Positions 1 through 10,828 are shown, counted from the stretch's first letter. The stretch is DNA of 64,000 bases from Chamaesiphon sp. (GCA_965246715.1 CBDFFH010000051.1:128001-192000), one strand, 5' to 3'. The notes: a model not told the origin generated them from the letters alone. Translations and numbers: made by a program.

Positions 1-178
1 TCAGCGCGCGTCCAAGCGCTGGTTCGACGATTAATTCGAGATTACCTTCGCGGCAACGCCATTGAAATTCCCAACAAAATTCTCCGGCAGTAACTTCGCC
101 GACAACTTGCCCGAATTGCCAAGAATGTTGAGTGACGCGCACGCGAGCAGTGGTTTCTGGGAGACGGCGTTTAGTCAT
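1..178 (-). CDS. DUF3146-family cyanobacterial protein (5' part; runs off window start)
   Basis: ATG at 178 reads MTKRRLPETTARVRVTQHSWQFGQVVGEVTAGEFCWEFQW...ALGRAL, open to the window edge; recognised family pattern. Confidence 0.7.
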   Translation of the reverse strand, partial: MTKRRLPETTARVRVTQHSWQFGQVVGEVTAGEFCWEFQWRCREGNLELIVEPALGRAL

Positions 179-300
179 GGTTTCGATCGCAGACTGCTAA
201 TGAGATGCCTTTAATTTGCATAATAACTCAACCCACTCCTGTTGAGATCGCTGAAGGTATCGATTTATGGTGATAAATTTGGTGCAAACTTCCGGATGCT

Positions 301-693
301 TTATGTCCCATGTGACTGATGTAAAATTAGCCGATTGCTATCAGGGTCGTAGGCGTAGATTTCGCGTCCGTGGGAGGCGGTCGTAATTTCGCTAGGTGGG
401 GGATAGCCAAGCAGAGTTAGAGTATCGATCGAGTTTTCCAAACTAGCTACTTCTAAACATAAACTCATCGCACTCTGACTAGGTTGGCTGGATTCTGTTG
501 GCTTAGCCACTCCGAAAGTGGAACGATGGCTGGCTTTGGGACAAAAAATCCCCAATCGCAATCCTGATAAAGAGAATTCAGCATATACATTAGGGATATA
601 CGGCACAGGAGTAGATTCCAGAAATTTGGTGTAGAAATCTACTACCGAGTCGAAATTAACACTCGCGATCGTGACTAGAGCAGATGTTATCAT
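301..693 (-). CDS. VOC/glyoxalase-bleomycin resistance family protein
   Basis: 130 aa; FY..FL N-terminus and GREIYAYDPDSNRLILH C-terminal motif. Confidence 0.85.
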   Translation of the reverse strand: MITSALVTIASVNFDSVVDFYTKFLESTPVPYIPNVYAEFSLSGLRLGIFCPKASHRSTFGVAKPTESSQPSQSAMSLCLEVASLENSIDTLTLLGYPPPSEITTASHGREIYAYDPDSNRLILHQSHGT

Positions 694-905
694 GGGCGAT
701 TAGCAAACAGGGCGGCTGGAAAATCTGAAAAATGGTGGCGATCGATACGATAAGTTAGCAGGTCAAGCTCCAAAATAATTAAAGATCGACCGATTCACAT
801 TGGGTTTATAATTACTACGCTTGGGGAACTATATTTATAAATACATAGCTCGCACAGGTAAGTGTAATGGCACTGAACGAGATGACTGGAGAGCATTCGT
901 AAGTT

Positions 906-2072
906 ATGAAATTGGCAAAGCGCATTAGTGAAATCGAACCATCTGTGACTCTCGCCATCGCTGCACTGGCGAAGACAATGCAGAAGGATGGCAAGGATGT
1001 CTGTAGTTTTAGTGCGGGAGAACCCGACTTTGATACTCCAGTACATATTAAAACCGCAGCCAAACAAGCATTGGATCGGGGTAAAACCAAATATGGGGCG
1101 GCAGCAGGCGAGATTCAATTGCGCGAAGCGATCGCGAATAAGCTCCAGCTCGATAATCACCTACATTATCAAGCTGCTAATATTTTAGTCACTAATGGCG
1201 GCAAACATTCGCTCTACAATCTGATGATGGCGCTCATCGATCCGGGTGATGAAGTGATTATCCCCGCACCATTTTGGTTGAGCTATCCCGAAATGGTCAA
1301 GTTAGCAGGTGGCGTGCCCGTTATCGTCCATACCGACAGTACGACTAACTATAAGATTACTGCTGAGGCACTTAACGCAGCTATTACACCCAAAACCAAG
1401 CTGTTTATCCTCAATTCTCCGTCGAATCCCTCCGGAGTAGTTTATCCTCGGGCTGAGTTGCAAGCTTTAGCCAAGGTTGTTGTCGATCGCGAGATCTTGG
1501 TAGTATCTGATGAAATTTACGAAAAAATTATCTATGATGGCGTGGAGCAAGTCAGTATCGGTGCGCTGGGCGCGGATATTTTTGAGCGGACGATTGTCAG
1601 TAATGGCTTTGCCAAAGCTTATTCGATGACGGGTTGGCGTGTCGGTTATTTAGCTGCTCCAGTCGAGCTAATTCAGGCCGCTAGCACCCTCCAAGGACAT
1701 AGTACCTCTAATGTCTGTACTTTCGCCCAGTACGGTGCGATCGCGGCACTAGAAGGTTCTCAAGAATGTGTGGAAATAATGCGTCAAGCCTTCGCCCTGC
1801 GGCGGCAGGCGATCTTAGAGCGGCTTCAGGCTATCCCCGGCTTGAGTTGTGCGATGCCAGATGGCGCGTTTTATCTATTTATCAATATCGGGAGTACCAA
1901 TTTAAAATCCTTGGAATTTTGCCAGCAACTCCTCGAACGACAGCAAGTTGCGGCGATTCCTGGTCTACCTTTTGGCGCAGACGACCATATTCGGCTCTCT
2001 TATGCTACAGATCTCGAAACGATCGATAAAGGGATGACTAGGCTGGAAAAATTTGTGCGATCGCAAATTTAG
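906..2072 (+). CDS. aspC: Class I/II PLP-dependent aminotransferase (aspartate aminotransferase)
   Basis: [36 protein letters not shown]-lysine motif. Confidence 0.9.
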   Translation: MKLAKRISEIEPSVTLAIAALAKTMQKDGKDVCSFSAGEPDFDTPVHIKTAAKQALDRGKTKYGAAAGEIQLREAIANKLQLDNHLHYQAANILVTNGGKHSLYNLMMALIDPGDEVIIPAPFWLSYPEMVKLAGGVPVIVHTDSTTNYKITAEALNAAITPKTKLFILNSPSNPSGVVYPRAELQALAKVVVDREILVVSDEIYEKIIYDGVEQVSIGALGADIFERTIVSNGFAKAYSMTGWRVGYLAAPVELIQAASTLQGHSTSNVCTFAQYGAIAALEGSQECVEIMRQAFALRRQAILERLQAIPGLSCAMPDGAFYLFINIGSTNLKSLEFCQQLLERQQVAAIPGLPFGADDHIRLSYATDLETIDKGMTRLEKFVRSQI

Positions 2073-2512
2073 TAGCGATATCGATCGGCTAATGAATTTA
2101 GGGATCGAGTAAAACATTACCACTTTTAATTCGATCGGAGCAAGGATCGAGCCAATCGTATTAATTCACAAAATTAATAAAAAGTCGGGGAATTTTTTAT
2201 CTAAAAATCGAGTGCCGAAAATTTTAGACGGCGGCGCTCGTCAAACTCAACGTTACGGCGATTTGGCGGTGTCATATCGATATTTCTTGCCATTAACTAC
2301 TGAATAAATCTCCGATCGCTCGGTTGGCAGATATAATGTTAGGAATCTGCCTACCACGTTGGCGTTGCATCTTCACTAGAGAATCTTCTCTACAACTAAC
2401 TACCTCAAAATTGCAACAATCCTCGAAGTTGGCGCTCGGTAGTAATATCTCGATGCACAGCAGAAATGGCCAACATTCGATCGGGAGAGGATAGTAGCGC
2501 AACCACTAAGTA

Positions 2513-3709
2513 ATGAAAATTTTAGTTCTAATTTGGGAATTTCCACCGCGCCTAGTTGGGGGAATCGCTCGCCACGGTGCCGAATTGTACCCAGAACTCG
2601 TCAATTTGGGTCATGAGATCCATCTAATCACTGTAGAGTCCAGTCAAGCGCCAGCGAAAGAAATTATCGAAGGTATTTACGTCCACCGGGTTCCGGTTGC
2701 TGGATTCAGCCAAGATATTTTTAAGTGGATTGGCAATATGAATTACAGCATGAGTAAATATGCAGCGTATTTACTCCAAACTACTCCCGACTTCGATCTC
2801 ATTCACGCTCATGATTGGATGGTAGCAGATACAGCAATCTCTTTGAGCGAAAAGTTTCAGGTGCCGATCGTGGCAACGATTCATGCCACTGAATTTGGTA
2901 GGCATAATGGCATCCATAACCCTAGTAGCGAACACGTCCACGCGCAAGAACAACGCTTGATCGAATCCGCTACCCAAACGATCGTTTGTAGCGAGTACAT
3001 GCGTCAAGAGGTCGGCCAAATCCTCCGCTGTCCGTGGGAGCGAATTAGTATTATTTATAATGGGATTCGACCAGAAAAAAAACAACGCCCGAAAGATTTT
3101 GATTTTTGGGAGTTTCGGCGGCGCTTTGCCGCCGACCACGAACAAATCGTCTACTATGTCGGCCGCATGACCTATGAAAAAGGGATCTTCGTGCTGCTCA
3201 ATGCCGCGCCTAAAGTGATCTGGGAAGTCGGCGGCAATGCCAAATTTATCTTCATCGGCGGCGGTAATACCGACCAATTAAAACAGCAAGCTTGGGATTT
3301 AGGAATTTGGGAAAAGTGCTTTTTTACGGGATTTATGTCCGATGAGGATTTAGATCGATTTCAAACCGTCGCCGATTGTGCGGTATTTCCCAGTCTCTAC
3401 GAACCCTTTGGGATCGTCGCATTAGAAAGTTTTGCTGCTCGGGTACCAGTCGTCGTCTCAGATGCAGGTGGATTGGCAGAAGTCGTCAGACACACCAAAA
3501 CTGGGATCGTCACCTGGAAATGGGACTGTAATTCGCTCGCCTGGGGCATCCTCGAAGTATTAAAAAATCCCGGCTATGCCAAGTGGCTCACAGACAATGC
3601 TTACGATGAATTGGGAAAACGCTTTAATTGGGGGAAGATTGCCATCCAGACGCAGACAGTCTACCTGACAGCACTCGATAAAACCACCAAAGTACCCAGA
3701 CCAAGATAA
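2513..3709 (+). CDS. Glycosyltransferase family 4 (GT-B)
   Basis: WEFPPRLVGGIARH, IHAHDW, FPSLYEPFGIVALE motifs. Confidence 0.9.
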   Translation: MKILVLIWEFPPRLVGGIARHGAELYPELVNLGHEIHLITVESSQAPAKEIIEGIYVHRVPVAGFSQDIFKWIGNMNYSMSKYAAYLLQTTPDFDLIHAHDWMVADTAISLSEKFQVPIVATIHATEFGRHNGIHNPSSEHVHAQEQRLIESATQTIVCSEYMRQEVGQILRCPWERISIIYNGIRPEKKQRPKDFDFWEFRRRFAADHEQIVYYVGRMTYEKGIFVLLNAAPKVIWEVGGNAKFIFIGGGNTDQLKQQAWDLGIWEKCFFTGFMSDEDLDRFQTVADCAVFPSLYEPFGIVALESFAARVPVVVSDAGGLAEVVRHTKTGIVTWKWDCNSLAWGILEVLKNPGYAKWLTDNAYDELGKRFNWGKIAIQTQTVYLTALDKTTKVPRPR

Positions 3710-3749
3710 AATATCCTCGATCGATGATTATTTAACCGGAGTTACTACC

Positions 3750-3990
3750 TAACGTCAGTTCGGGATAAGGAAAATTGATTTGCTCCGCTTAAGCACCGCC
3801 CTGAACTGGAAGTGTCTCGTTCCGAGAGGCTACGCCAACGGGCTAATAACTCAAGTTCTCTGAAGAGAACTGCCGAATTGATTAGTTCGTTTTAACGAAC
3901 TTTTGCTATGAGCAACTAATTCATTTGAGGGCGGTCTGGAAACGAAGCGAGGAGTCATCGAGCGGCAATCCTTATCCCGAACTGACGTTA
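3750..3990. mobile_element. MITE with perfect 21-bp terminal inverted repeats
   Basis: taacgtcagttcgggataagg (3750-3770) / ccttatcccgaactgacgtta (3970-3990); TA at both ends; internal hairpins; no ORF. Confidence 0.85.
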
Positions 3991-3992
3991 CC

Positions 3993-4277
3993 TAACATCA
4001 GTTCGGGATAAGAATCGATTGAAGCTTGTGCCAGAGAAGATTTCAAGCTAATAACTTCCAGCTAGAATCCAAAAATGGAGCGAATGCCGCACTGCGCTTC
4101 ACACAGATCGAACCCTATGCAGGGGAGTTTGAGGGGCGGCATCCCGCTCCTCAACGGGGGGTCTGGGGGTCGGAACCCCCAGATCTGGGTTTTGCCCCCA
4201 CCAGTAAAACTCGCAACGCACAAATATATACCGCTTGCTACCTCACTTTGAATAGGTCTTATCCCAAACTAACATCA
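3993..4277. mobile_element. Second MITE of the same TIR family, immediately adjacent to the first
   Basis: taacatcagttcgggataaga at 3993 and degenerate tcttatcccaaactaacatca at 4257-4277; interior GC-rich repeat also present at ~45900-45970. Confidence 0.7.
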
Positions 4278-5528
4278 GTTACCACGATCGATCCGTCTTC
4301 TCAACAAATCCAAGCTCTGAGCTGCCGACATCTGCCGAATTAACTCGCGCTCCTGCTGACTCCCCAACTGATACTTAATTCCTTCCACACTACCGTTAGG
4401 ATGTGCGATGCCGATATAGACGAGTCCGACAGGCTTAGCTTCCGTACCCCCACCAGGGCCAGCAACACCCGTAATACTTACCCCCCAATCAGTCCCTAAC
4501 TTGGTCTTCACCCCAACAGCCATCTGGCAAGCGACTGTCTTGCTGACGGCACCCTCACTAGCTAGATCTTCAGGATTTACACATAGCAAGTTAACCTTCA
4601 CTTGGTTGGCATAAGAAATAATCCCCCCTATAAAATAGCTAGAACTTCCAGGTGTCTCGGTCAACATCTGCCCCAAGCCACCGCCAGTACAAGATTCTGC
4701 GACAGCCAGAGTTTGACCTTTAGCCAATAACAGCTGCCCGACTACACTTGCTAAAGTATCCTCATCATTGCCGAAATAATATTCGCCAGCAAGCTGCTGA
4801 ATTTCGCGCGCTATCGGTTCGATTAGTTGGTCGGCTGCTACCGCATTCGCTGCGCGTGCCGAAATCCGCAACCTTACCTGTCCCATCCCCGCATAAGGAG
4901 CAACAGTCGGATTGTCAGAGTCAAATAGATGATTTACTTTCTCGGCTAATGCTGATTCGGCAATTCCAAAAAAGCGCAGACTGCGACTATAGATCGTATT
5001 CTGACCGTAACCCTGAGTTTTTAAAAACGGAACGGCTGTATCCCGCCACATTCGGTACATCTCGCGCGGTACGCCAGGGAAAGTAAAGATCGTCAAACCC
5101 GCTTGTGGTTGCCAAACCATCCCTGGTGCCGTCCCGAGCGGATTGGATAAAATAGCTGCACCTTCCGGTTGCAGCGCCTGTTTGCGGTTACTAGCGGTCA
5201 TTTCCCGGCCCCGTTGGGCATATTTTCGCTCGATATCCGCGATAACTTCTGGATGTTCGACGAGGGGAGTCTGAAAGTAACTAGCGATCGATTCTGTCGT
5301 CAGATCGTCTGGTGTCGGGCCTAAGCCGCCTGTAAAAATTAGGATACTCGATCGCGCTGCCGCAATCTCGATCGCCCGATGCACTCGATCGATATTATCC
5401 CCCACCACCGTCTGATAAAAGTGCGGCACTGCCAAAGCAGCTAGTTCTTTCGCTAAATATTGCGAATTACTATTCAAAATATCCCCAAGCAATAATTCGG
5501 TACCGACACAGATAATTTCAGCAGTCAT
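4275..5528 (-). CDS. cinA: Competence/damage-inducible protein A (MoCF-biosynthesis-like domain + NMN deamidase)
   Basis: MTAEIICVGTELLLG, GGLGPTPDDLT, AESCTGG, SITGVAGPGGG; start set at ATG 5528. Confidence 0.92.
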   Translation of the reverse strand: MTAEIICVGTELLLGDILNSNSQYLAKELAALAVPHFYQTVVGDNIDRVHRAIEIAAARSSILIFTGGLGPTPDDLTTESIASYFQTPLVEHPEVIADIERKYAQRGREMTASNRKQALQPEGAAILSNPLGTAPGMVWQPQAGLTIFTFPGVPREMYRMWRDTAVPFLKTQGYGQNTIYSRSLRFFGIAESALAEKVNHLFDSDNPTVAPYAGMGQVRLRISARAANAVAADQLIEPIAREIQQLAGEYYFGNDEDTLASVVGQLLLAKGQTLAVAESCTGGGLGQMLTETPGSSSYFIGGIISYANQVKVNLLCVNPEDLASEGAVSKTVACQMAVGVKTKLGTDWGVSITGVAGPGGGTEAKPVGLVYIGIAHPNGSVEGIKYQLGSQQERELIRQMSAAQSLDLLRRRIDRGN

Positions 5529-5606
5529 AGTTAGGGGATGGGGGCTAGAGATTAGGGTCACTGGAAAAATTAGCGATCGAGCTGCAATTTCTAATTAATT
5601 TATAAT

Positions 5607-6158
5607 TCATAATTCATCGATAATTTCCTCCAGCTCACTTAAAGCTGTTTGCAGGTCATCATTGACAATTTGATAATCAAATTCGTCTTTGGCGGCAATT
5701 TCTACATGTGCTTGCTCTAATCGTCGGATAATTGCCTCGGGAGGATCAGTTCCCCGCTCGCGAATGCGGGTTTCTAGTGTAGCCAGATCGGGCGGGAGAA
5801 TAAAAATTCGCCTAGCAGCCGGAAAAATCTGTACCACTTGTCTGGCTCCAGCTAATTCGATCTCTAAGATAACCGATCGACCGCGATCGATTTGGTCTCT
5901 AACTGGCTCGATCGGCGTACCATAATAGTTTCCCGCAAATTCTGCCCATTCTAATAACTCGCCAGCTTGAATCTTGGTCTCAAATTGCGCGCGATTGTAA
6001 AAATAGTAATCAACCCCATCAACCTCACCGAGCCGTGGCGCTCTGGTTGTAGCCGAGACAGATAAAAATAGTTCGGGATGCTTGTCTAATAATGCCTTGA
6101 GTAATGTTCCCTTGCCGACACCACTAGGGCCAGTTAAAACTATCAGTCTGCCAGTCAT
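5607..6158 (-). CDS. gmk: Guanylate kinase
   Basis: [10 protein letters not shown]-loop, [14 protein letters not shown]. Confidence 0.95.
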   Translation of the reverse strand: MTGRLIVLTGPSGVGKGTLLKALLDKHPELFLSVSATTRAPRLGEVDGVDYYFYNRAQFETKIQAGELLEWAEFAGNYYGTPIEPVRDQIDRGRSVILEIELAGARQVVQIFPAARRIFILPPDLATLETRIRERGTDPPEAIIRRLEQAHVEIAAKDEFDYQIVNDDLQTALSELEEIIDEL

Positions 6159-6778
6159 ATCCAACTTGCGATCGCGTTATTAGCAATCTGTATTGTACTG
6201 TCTGACGAGAGCGCAATTTTAATAATTTACCCCCTCGAATCAACACTTTCAGCTAGATAACGCGTAGGTATTAATGCTTAATAATGTATAGCTGTTTGTA
6301 ATATGCTGGCAAATATACTCATGCTTAAATCTAGATAGTGGCACAATGTTCATCTGGTATTGGCCGCACACATAAGTTAGAGAAATTTCAACTAAAATTC
6401 CCAATTTAGCAACAACATCTCTATATATCGATAGATTTCTAAGTGCGGAGTAAGTGCTTACTGCTTAACATAACGATTCGACAAATCTAGCCAAGCTGCT
6501 GTATGTCAGCGATCCCGTAAATCTCGATCGAATTGTGCCACTTAACAAACTGTCCACTCAAAATTAGATCTTAAGACTTTATTAGCAATATTGTATATCG
6601 GCTAAGACCAAACCGGACTGTGCGATTGAGCCAGAACGCGGCTTTTGAGATTTGTCACCCATTGCCACGATCGAGTTAATGTAAAAAAAGTGACACATAT
6701 CATACGTAGTTTTAGTTTTTAGCGCGTACAGTCGATATGTAAGCAATTAACCACTTGCATCATCAGGGGAAAACGATC

Positions 6779-7963
6779 GTGAACGCGCATCATAACTGTC
6801 TGCCAGCTACTAGCATTCGTCAGCAACAGCAATCGAATGTAGTACTATTATCTAGCAAGCAGCCTCTGCCTGAGATGTTAGTTGAAGCCTTGCAAACTCA
6901 AGTCAAGGCTTCAGTCGGTCAAATTCAGGATATTGCCAAACGGATTGAATTTGAAGTCGATCGGATCTGTGCTAAAAGCGAGCGCATTCAAAACTCGGGT
7001 ATCGGTGAATCCTGGCGAGTGGGATTGGCACGTCACCGCGTGTCCAAATGTCTTTATTACTATCAACTGGGTTCCAAACGCGGTCGGATCGAACTGCACA
7101 GTCATCTTAGCTCGATCGTTTATCGCTACATCACTATTCCTCAATCCCAACTCGGATTTCAAGCTCGATATTCGTTGATTGAAGATTTTCTCCAAGAATT
7201 TTATACAGAGTCGCTCAAAGCCTTCCGGCGGGAAAATGAGTTAGGTGATACTTATACGCCACGTAGCTTGCTCCAATTGGCAGAGTACATGGTATTTTGT
7301 GAATGTTATGCCAAACGCCGGATTCATCTACGCTATGGCAGCAGTCAACAACTCATCGTTCTGCGCGCGCAAACTTTTGCCAAACGCCAACCGACGGAAA
7401 CAGTTGTTGATATCGAGCAAGCTTTTGAAACAGCACGGGATGAGGATGGGGAAGCTGGATCTAAAGTGATGCAACAAATTCGTGCCAAGCTGGTATCGGA
7501 CAATGCTGATACTACCGATGGCGTATTGCGCGATCGAGTTATCGAAGAATTGGTTACTTATCTTACTAACCAAAATCAGGCCACCTGTGTCAATTATCTG
7601 CGGTTGAAAATGGAGGATCTATCTTCCGTCGAAATCGAACAGACGCTAGGTTTATCAACTAGAGAGCGCGACTACCTCCAACAAAAATTCAAGTATCATG
7701 TCGAAAAATTTGCCCGCGTGGCTAATTGGGAGTTGGTACACCAATGGCTGGGAGCGGAAATCGATCGCAAGTTAGGACTGACAGATTTCCAGTGGCAGAC
7801 TTTTACTACTCAACTCTCCGTCGAGCAGCAAGCCTTAATCGACTTAAAGCAATCTAATCTCAGCAATGAGTCGATTATGAAAACACTCAAATTGACTGAG
7901 AAAAAATTTCAACTCCGTTGGTCGGAATTATTAAGCTTAGCCGCTCAAATTCGGAATCAATAA
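6779..7963 (+). CDS. HetZ-related transcriptional regulator
   Basis: YYQLGSKRGRIELHSHLSSIVYRY, IEDFLQEFY, LAEYMVFCECYAKRRI, RERDYLQQKFKYHVEKF, WELVHQWLGA are HetZ-family motifs; start uncertain (GTG 6779 after AGGGGA, or TTG 6755). Confidence 0.8.
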   Translation: MNAHHNCLPATSIRQQQQSNVVLLSSKQPLPEMLVEALQTQVKASVGQIQDIAKRIEFEVDRICAKSERIQNSGIGESWRVGLARHRVSKCLYYYQLGSKRGRIELHSHLSSIVYRYITIPQSQLGFQARYSLIEDFLQEFYTESLKAFRRENELGDTYTPRSLLQLAEYMVFCECYAKRRIHLRYGSSQQLIVLRAQTFAKRQPTETVVDIEQAFETARDEDGEAGSKVMQQIRAKLVSDNADTTDGVLRDRVIEELVTYLTNQNQATCVNYLRLKMEDLSSVEIEQTLGLSTRERDYLQQKFKYHVEKFARVANWELVHQWLGAEIDRKLGLTDFQWQTFTTQLSVEQQALIDLKQSNLSNESIMKTLKLTEKKFQLRWSELLSLAAQIRNQ

Positions 7964-7975
7964 CCTACAGATTTA

Positions 7976-8085
7976 GAGGATGTCTGAGAACTCGAAACCT
8001 ACGCTAGATGTTTGAGCATGATGCGGATCGTCGCAATATATATATACGTCTCACCGGTTTCGGGTAGAGTCTCATACGCCTTAAC
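7976..8085 (-). pseudogene. IS5-family transposase 3' remnant with one terminal repeat
   Basis: Minus strand 8085-7999 reads VKAYETLPETGETYIYIATIRIMLKHLA*, like IS5/IS1031 C-termini; end gaggatgtctgagaa (7976-7990) resembles the TIR of the MITE at 53637. Confidence 0.75.
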
Positions 8086-8113
8086 TTATCACTAATGGAC
8101 AAGACATTGCCCC

Positions 8114-8243
8114 CAATACTTCTCGGTTAAGAACTGCTAGCGACTGAAGTCGCCGCTAGTGAAGCCAAGTCCGGTTGTTGCCGCGAGCGGCAAAAGCCTG
8201 CCTACGCGGACTAACTAGTTTTTAGATTAACCGAGAAGTATTG
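8114..8243. mobile_element. MITE, 17-bp TIR, 10-bp target-site duplication
   Basis: caatacttctcggttaa / ttaaccgagaagtattg; direct repeat acattgcccc at 8104-8113 and 8244-8253; inverted copy at 36957-37077. Confidence 0.92.
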
Positions 8244-8323
8244 ACATTGCCCCTACTCATACCAAATCCGCTTCACATAAGCCGATCGAGTTTAACGATC
8301 GACATGTTTTCGAGCATGTACTG

Positions 8324-9133
8324 CTACTTAGCGCGCTTGCTTAACAATCGAAAATAGAGCGATTGACAAAATTCCTTAATTGGAAATAATAAATAAGTAA
8401 TCGGATTGATGGTAACGATAATATCGCGGAAATCGCGTTTGGCTAGTACGACAATCGCCCAAGCAACCCAGCGAGATGACAGGATCCCAACAGGATTTAG
8501 TTGACTCTTAAATGGGCCTAAAACTAATTTCCGAATGATACACGGTGCATCTAATCTACGCAGAGTGATTAAGTCACCGATCGCTCGTTTCGATAATTCA
8601 TAAAGGGGGCTAAAAGCTGGATTGACTTCAGCTTCAGAGGTGTTGACCCATAATTCTTTAGTCGCTCCATCGCTAGTACCAGAAACAGTATCCATAAATA
8701 ATTCGGCAATTCGCAACACCGAAAATGTATTCACTTCATAAGATCGTTCGATCGCTTCTGCAGTGCGACTGCTATGAACATTAACACCATGATTGACGAT
8801 CAAAATATCTATCTCTTGGAGATGCAATCTCAACTCTGATTCTGCACCTAATTGCCAAGACAAGATCTTCGTCTCTGGCGGAAATACTGCCATTGAATTT
8901 GTTGTAAATGCGATAATTTTCGCGCCTTGTTGAGTCAATTCTTCAATTAATGCTTGTCCCAAAGTACCCGAAGCACCTGTAATCCCAATGACCTTATTCT
9001 TGAGTGAGAGACTAGTACCTAAAATGCGATCGACTGAAGTGAAATGCCCCGCGATTCGACCGATGTCTCGTACCACTTCAGCGAAGAAGATCGAGACTAG
9101 TCCTAAGAGAAATTTCATCGTTAATGAATTCAA
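8324..9133 (-). CDS. Short-chain dehydrogenase of the cyanobacterial sterol-desaturase/SDR fusion family, apparently lacking the desaturase domain
   Basis: TGASGTLG, NHG, NTSEAEVNPAFSPLYELSK (YxxSK); only ~40 aa precede the Rossmann fold. Confidence 0.75.
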   Translation of the reverse strand: MNSLTMKFLLGLVSIFFAEVVRDIGRIAGHFTSVDRILGTSLSLKNKVIGITGASGTLGQALIEELTQQGAKIIAFTTNSMAVFPPETKILSWQLGAESELRLHLQEIDILIVNHGVNVHSSRTAEAIERSYEVNTFSVLRIAELFMDTVSGTSDGATKELWVNTSEAEVNPAFSPLYELSKRAIGDLITLRRLDAPCIIRKLVLGPFKSQLNPVGILSSRWVAWAIVVLAKRDFRDIIVTINPITYLLFPIKEFCQSLYFRLLSKRAK

Positions 9134-9256
9134 TGTCGGTGATGTTTCCTGTTGCAGTGCGATTCGCTAGCGGAGAGGCTCCGCCAGCGATTGTCGCATC
9201 TTCATTTATAACATTTACCGATATTTAAAGTCTGGCGGTACCGCAACGATCGAAAA

Positions 9257-10066
9257 TTATTCACCCTTAAAAATTGCTGCTGCTAACTCCCGAAACTTCT
9301 GGGGATCGCCTTCTGGACGCGGCTGCTCTTGACGTTTGCGGGCATAGAGTTTTTCTAGCGTTGCCTGCCAATCGACGGCAATCTCTGGCTTTGTAGCAGG
9401 TTGCGCGCTCAGGATCTCGGCAATATATGTTTGGATCTCTTTTTGCGCTAACCAAATCCGGGCAATCACAGCGAGGTTGTCATCTTGTGCTACCACCAAA
9501 TCGAAATGGGTCAAGATTTGGCGCGTCAGTTCGGGAGTGGAGAGCGTACTGGCGATCGCGAGTTCTTGCAATCCGGTAATTGCGGCATAGCGCACGACCC
9601 ACTCATGGTCTCGGGAAATAATTAATAGTGCTGCGGCAACTCGTGTCTGAGCGGGTGCTATTTCTGGTGGCGGCAATTCATCCCAATGGAGTGTTCCTAA
9701 GCCTCTAGCCGCCGCACGTCTGACACTCAGGGCAAAATCATTTGTCGCAGCATCTAATAGTAGCTCGATCGCTTGCGGATCGCCAATTCCAGCTAACGCA
9801 CGTAACGCCCACGCTCTAGCTCCATAATTATAGCCATCCAACAGCTCCAGTAACGGTCTTACCGCTGGCTTACCCAGGGCAATCAGCCCGTCCACCGCTG
9901 CCACGGCTGCGCCAGGATTGTTGTAGCCTAAAACCATAATTAGATTGGGAATGGCGGCTTCTAGCCGCGCCTGGGATAACCGTTCGACAGCCTCTACCAT
10001 TCGGGTAGATGAATCTGCCTCAGCAATATCGCGCAGTAAGATTTCTAGCGAGTCAGGGGCGGTCAT
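9257..10066 (-). CDS. cpcF: Phycocyanobilin lyase subunit CpcF (HEAT repeats)
   Basis: LGYNNPGAAVAAVDGL, LDGYNYGARAWA, DFALSVRRAAARGLG, EWVVRYAA. Confidence 0.88.
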   Translation of the reverse strand: MTAPDSLEILLRDIAEADSSTRMVEAVERLSQARLEAAIPNLIMVLGYNNPGAAVAAVDGLIALGKPAVRPLLELLDGYNYGARAWALRALAGIGDPQAIELLLDAATNDFALSVRRAAARGLGTLHWDELPPPEIAPAQTRVAAALLIISRDHEWVVRYAAITGLQELAIASTLSTPELTRQILTHFDLVVAQDDNLAVIARIWLAQKEIQTYIAEILSAQPATKPEIAVDWQATLEKLYARKRQEQPRPEGDPQKFRELAAAIFKGE

Positions 10067-10309
10067 AAATTTGTCAATTGTGATGTATCGGTCTGCTCGC
10101 CCCTGACGATCGCCTCCTCTTTATATTTCTTAACAATGCTCACAAAAGAGATTGAGGAGAATGTATGTCGCAGAACTGGGTGCGAGTTCTACTCTATTCT
10201 ACGGCAAAAAAATTCCACCTAGTTTTAGAGGCACTTACTGACGATTTTGTTACCAAGCGGATCTAAATCTAGATGGGTAAACACAAATTATGAGGATGTA
10301 ATTGTTAGA

Positions 10310-10828
10310 TTACGCAACAGCAGCAGCAGCGCGATCGAAGTAACCAGCGACCTCCGACATCAAAGAGCTACAATCGCCATTGGTAATCCCGTTTCTGTCG
10401 TTAGCAATGGCTAAAGCGGCATCTTTCATCTTTTGGACACCAGCAGCTGTAGAACCACCAGGAACGCCCAGAGCGAGGTAAGTTTCGCGCAAACCATTCA
10501 AGCAGCGATCGTCCAAGACAGATGCATCGCCAGCAAAGATCGCATAAGTAACGTAGCGGAGAATGATTTCCATATCGCGCAAGCAAGCAGCCATGCGACG
10601 GTTGGTGTAAGCGTTCCCACCGGGAGCGATCAAGTTGGGTTGTTCGGCAAACAACGAACGTGCTGCGTTAGCGACGATCGTTGACGAGTTGCTCGTGATC
10701 CGGTTGACAGTATCCATCCGTTTGTTACCATCGGCAACCATTGCCGATAACGCATCTAATTGAGCGGCACTGATGTATTGACCTTGTGCGTCGGCTTGAG
10801 CCACTACTTTAGAGAATCCGTCTAACAT
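10310..10828 (-). CDS. cpcB: Phycocyanin beta subunit
   Basis: 172 aa from ATG 10828; [17 protein letters not shown] (Cys82), GDCSSL (Cys153), [10 protein letters not shown]. Confidence 0.93.
   Translation of the reverse strand: MLDGFSKVVAQADAQGQYISAAQLDALSAMVADGNKRMDTVNRITSNSSTIVANAARSLFAEQPNLIAPGGNAYTNRRMAACLRDMEIILRYVTYAIFAGDASVLDDRCLNGLRETYLALGVPGGSTAAGVQKMKDAALAIANDRNGITNGDCSSLMSEVAGYFDRAAAAVA

Noticed and set aside
291..330. TCCGGA at 291-296, plus ACCGGA (~6612) and TGCGGA (~6444) upstream of the HetZ-related gene
   Set aside because: No GTAG box at 17-18 nt spacing downstream
4026..4343. Short ORFs at 4026, 36336, 43496, 45806, 45894 and 46885
   Set aside because: They translate MITE or repeat DNA and have no independent coding signal
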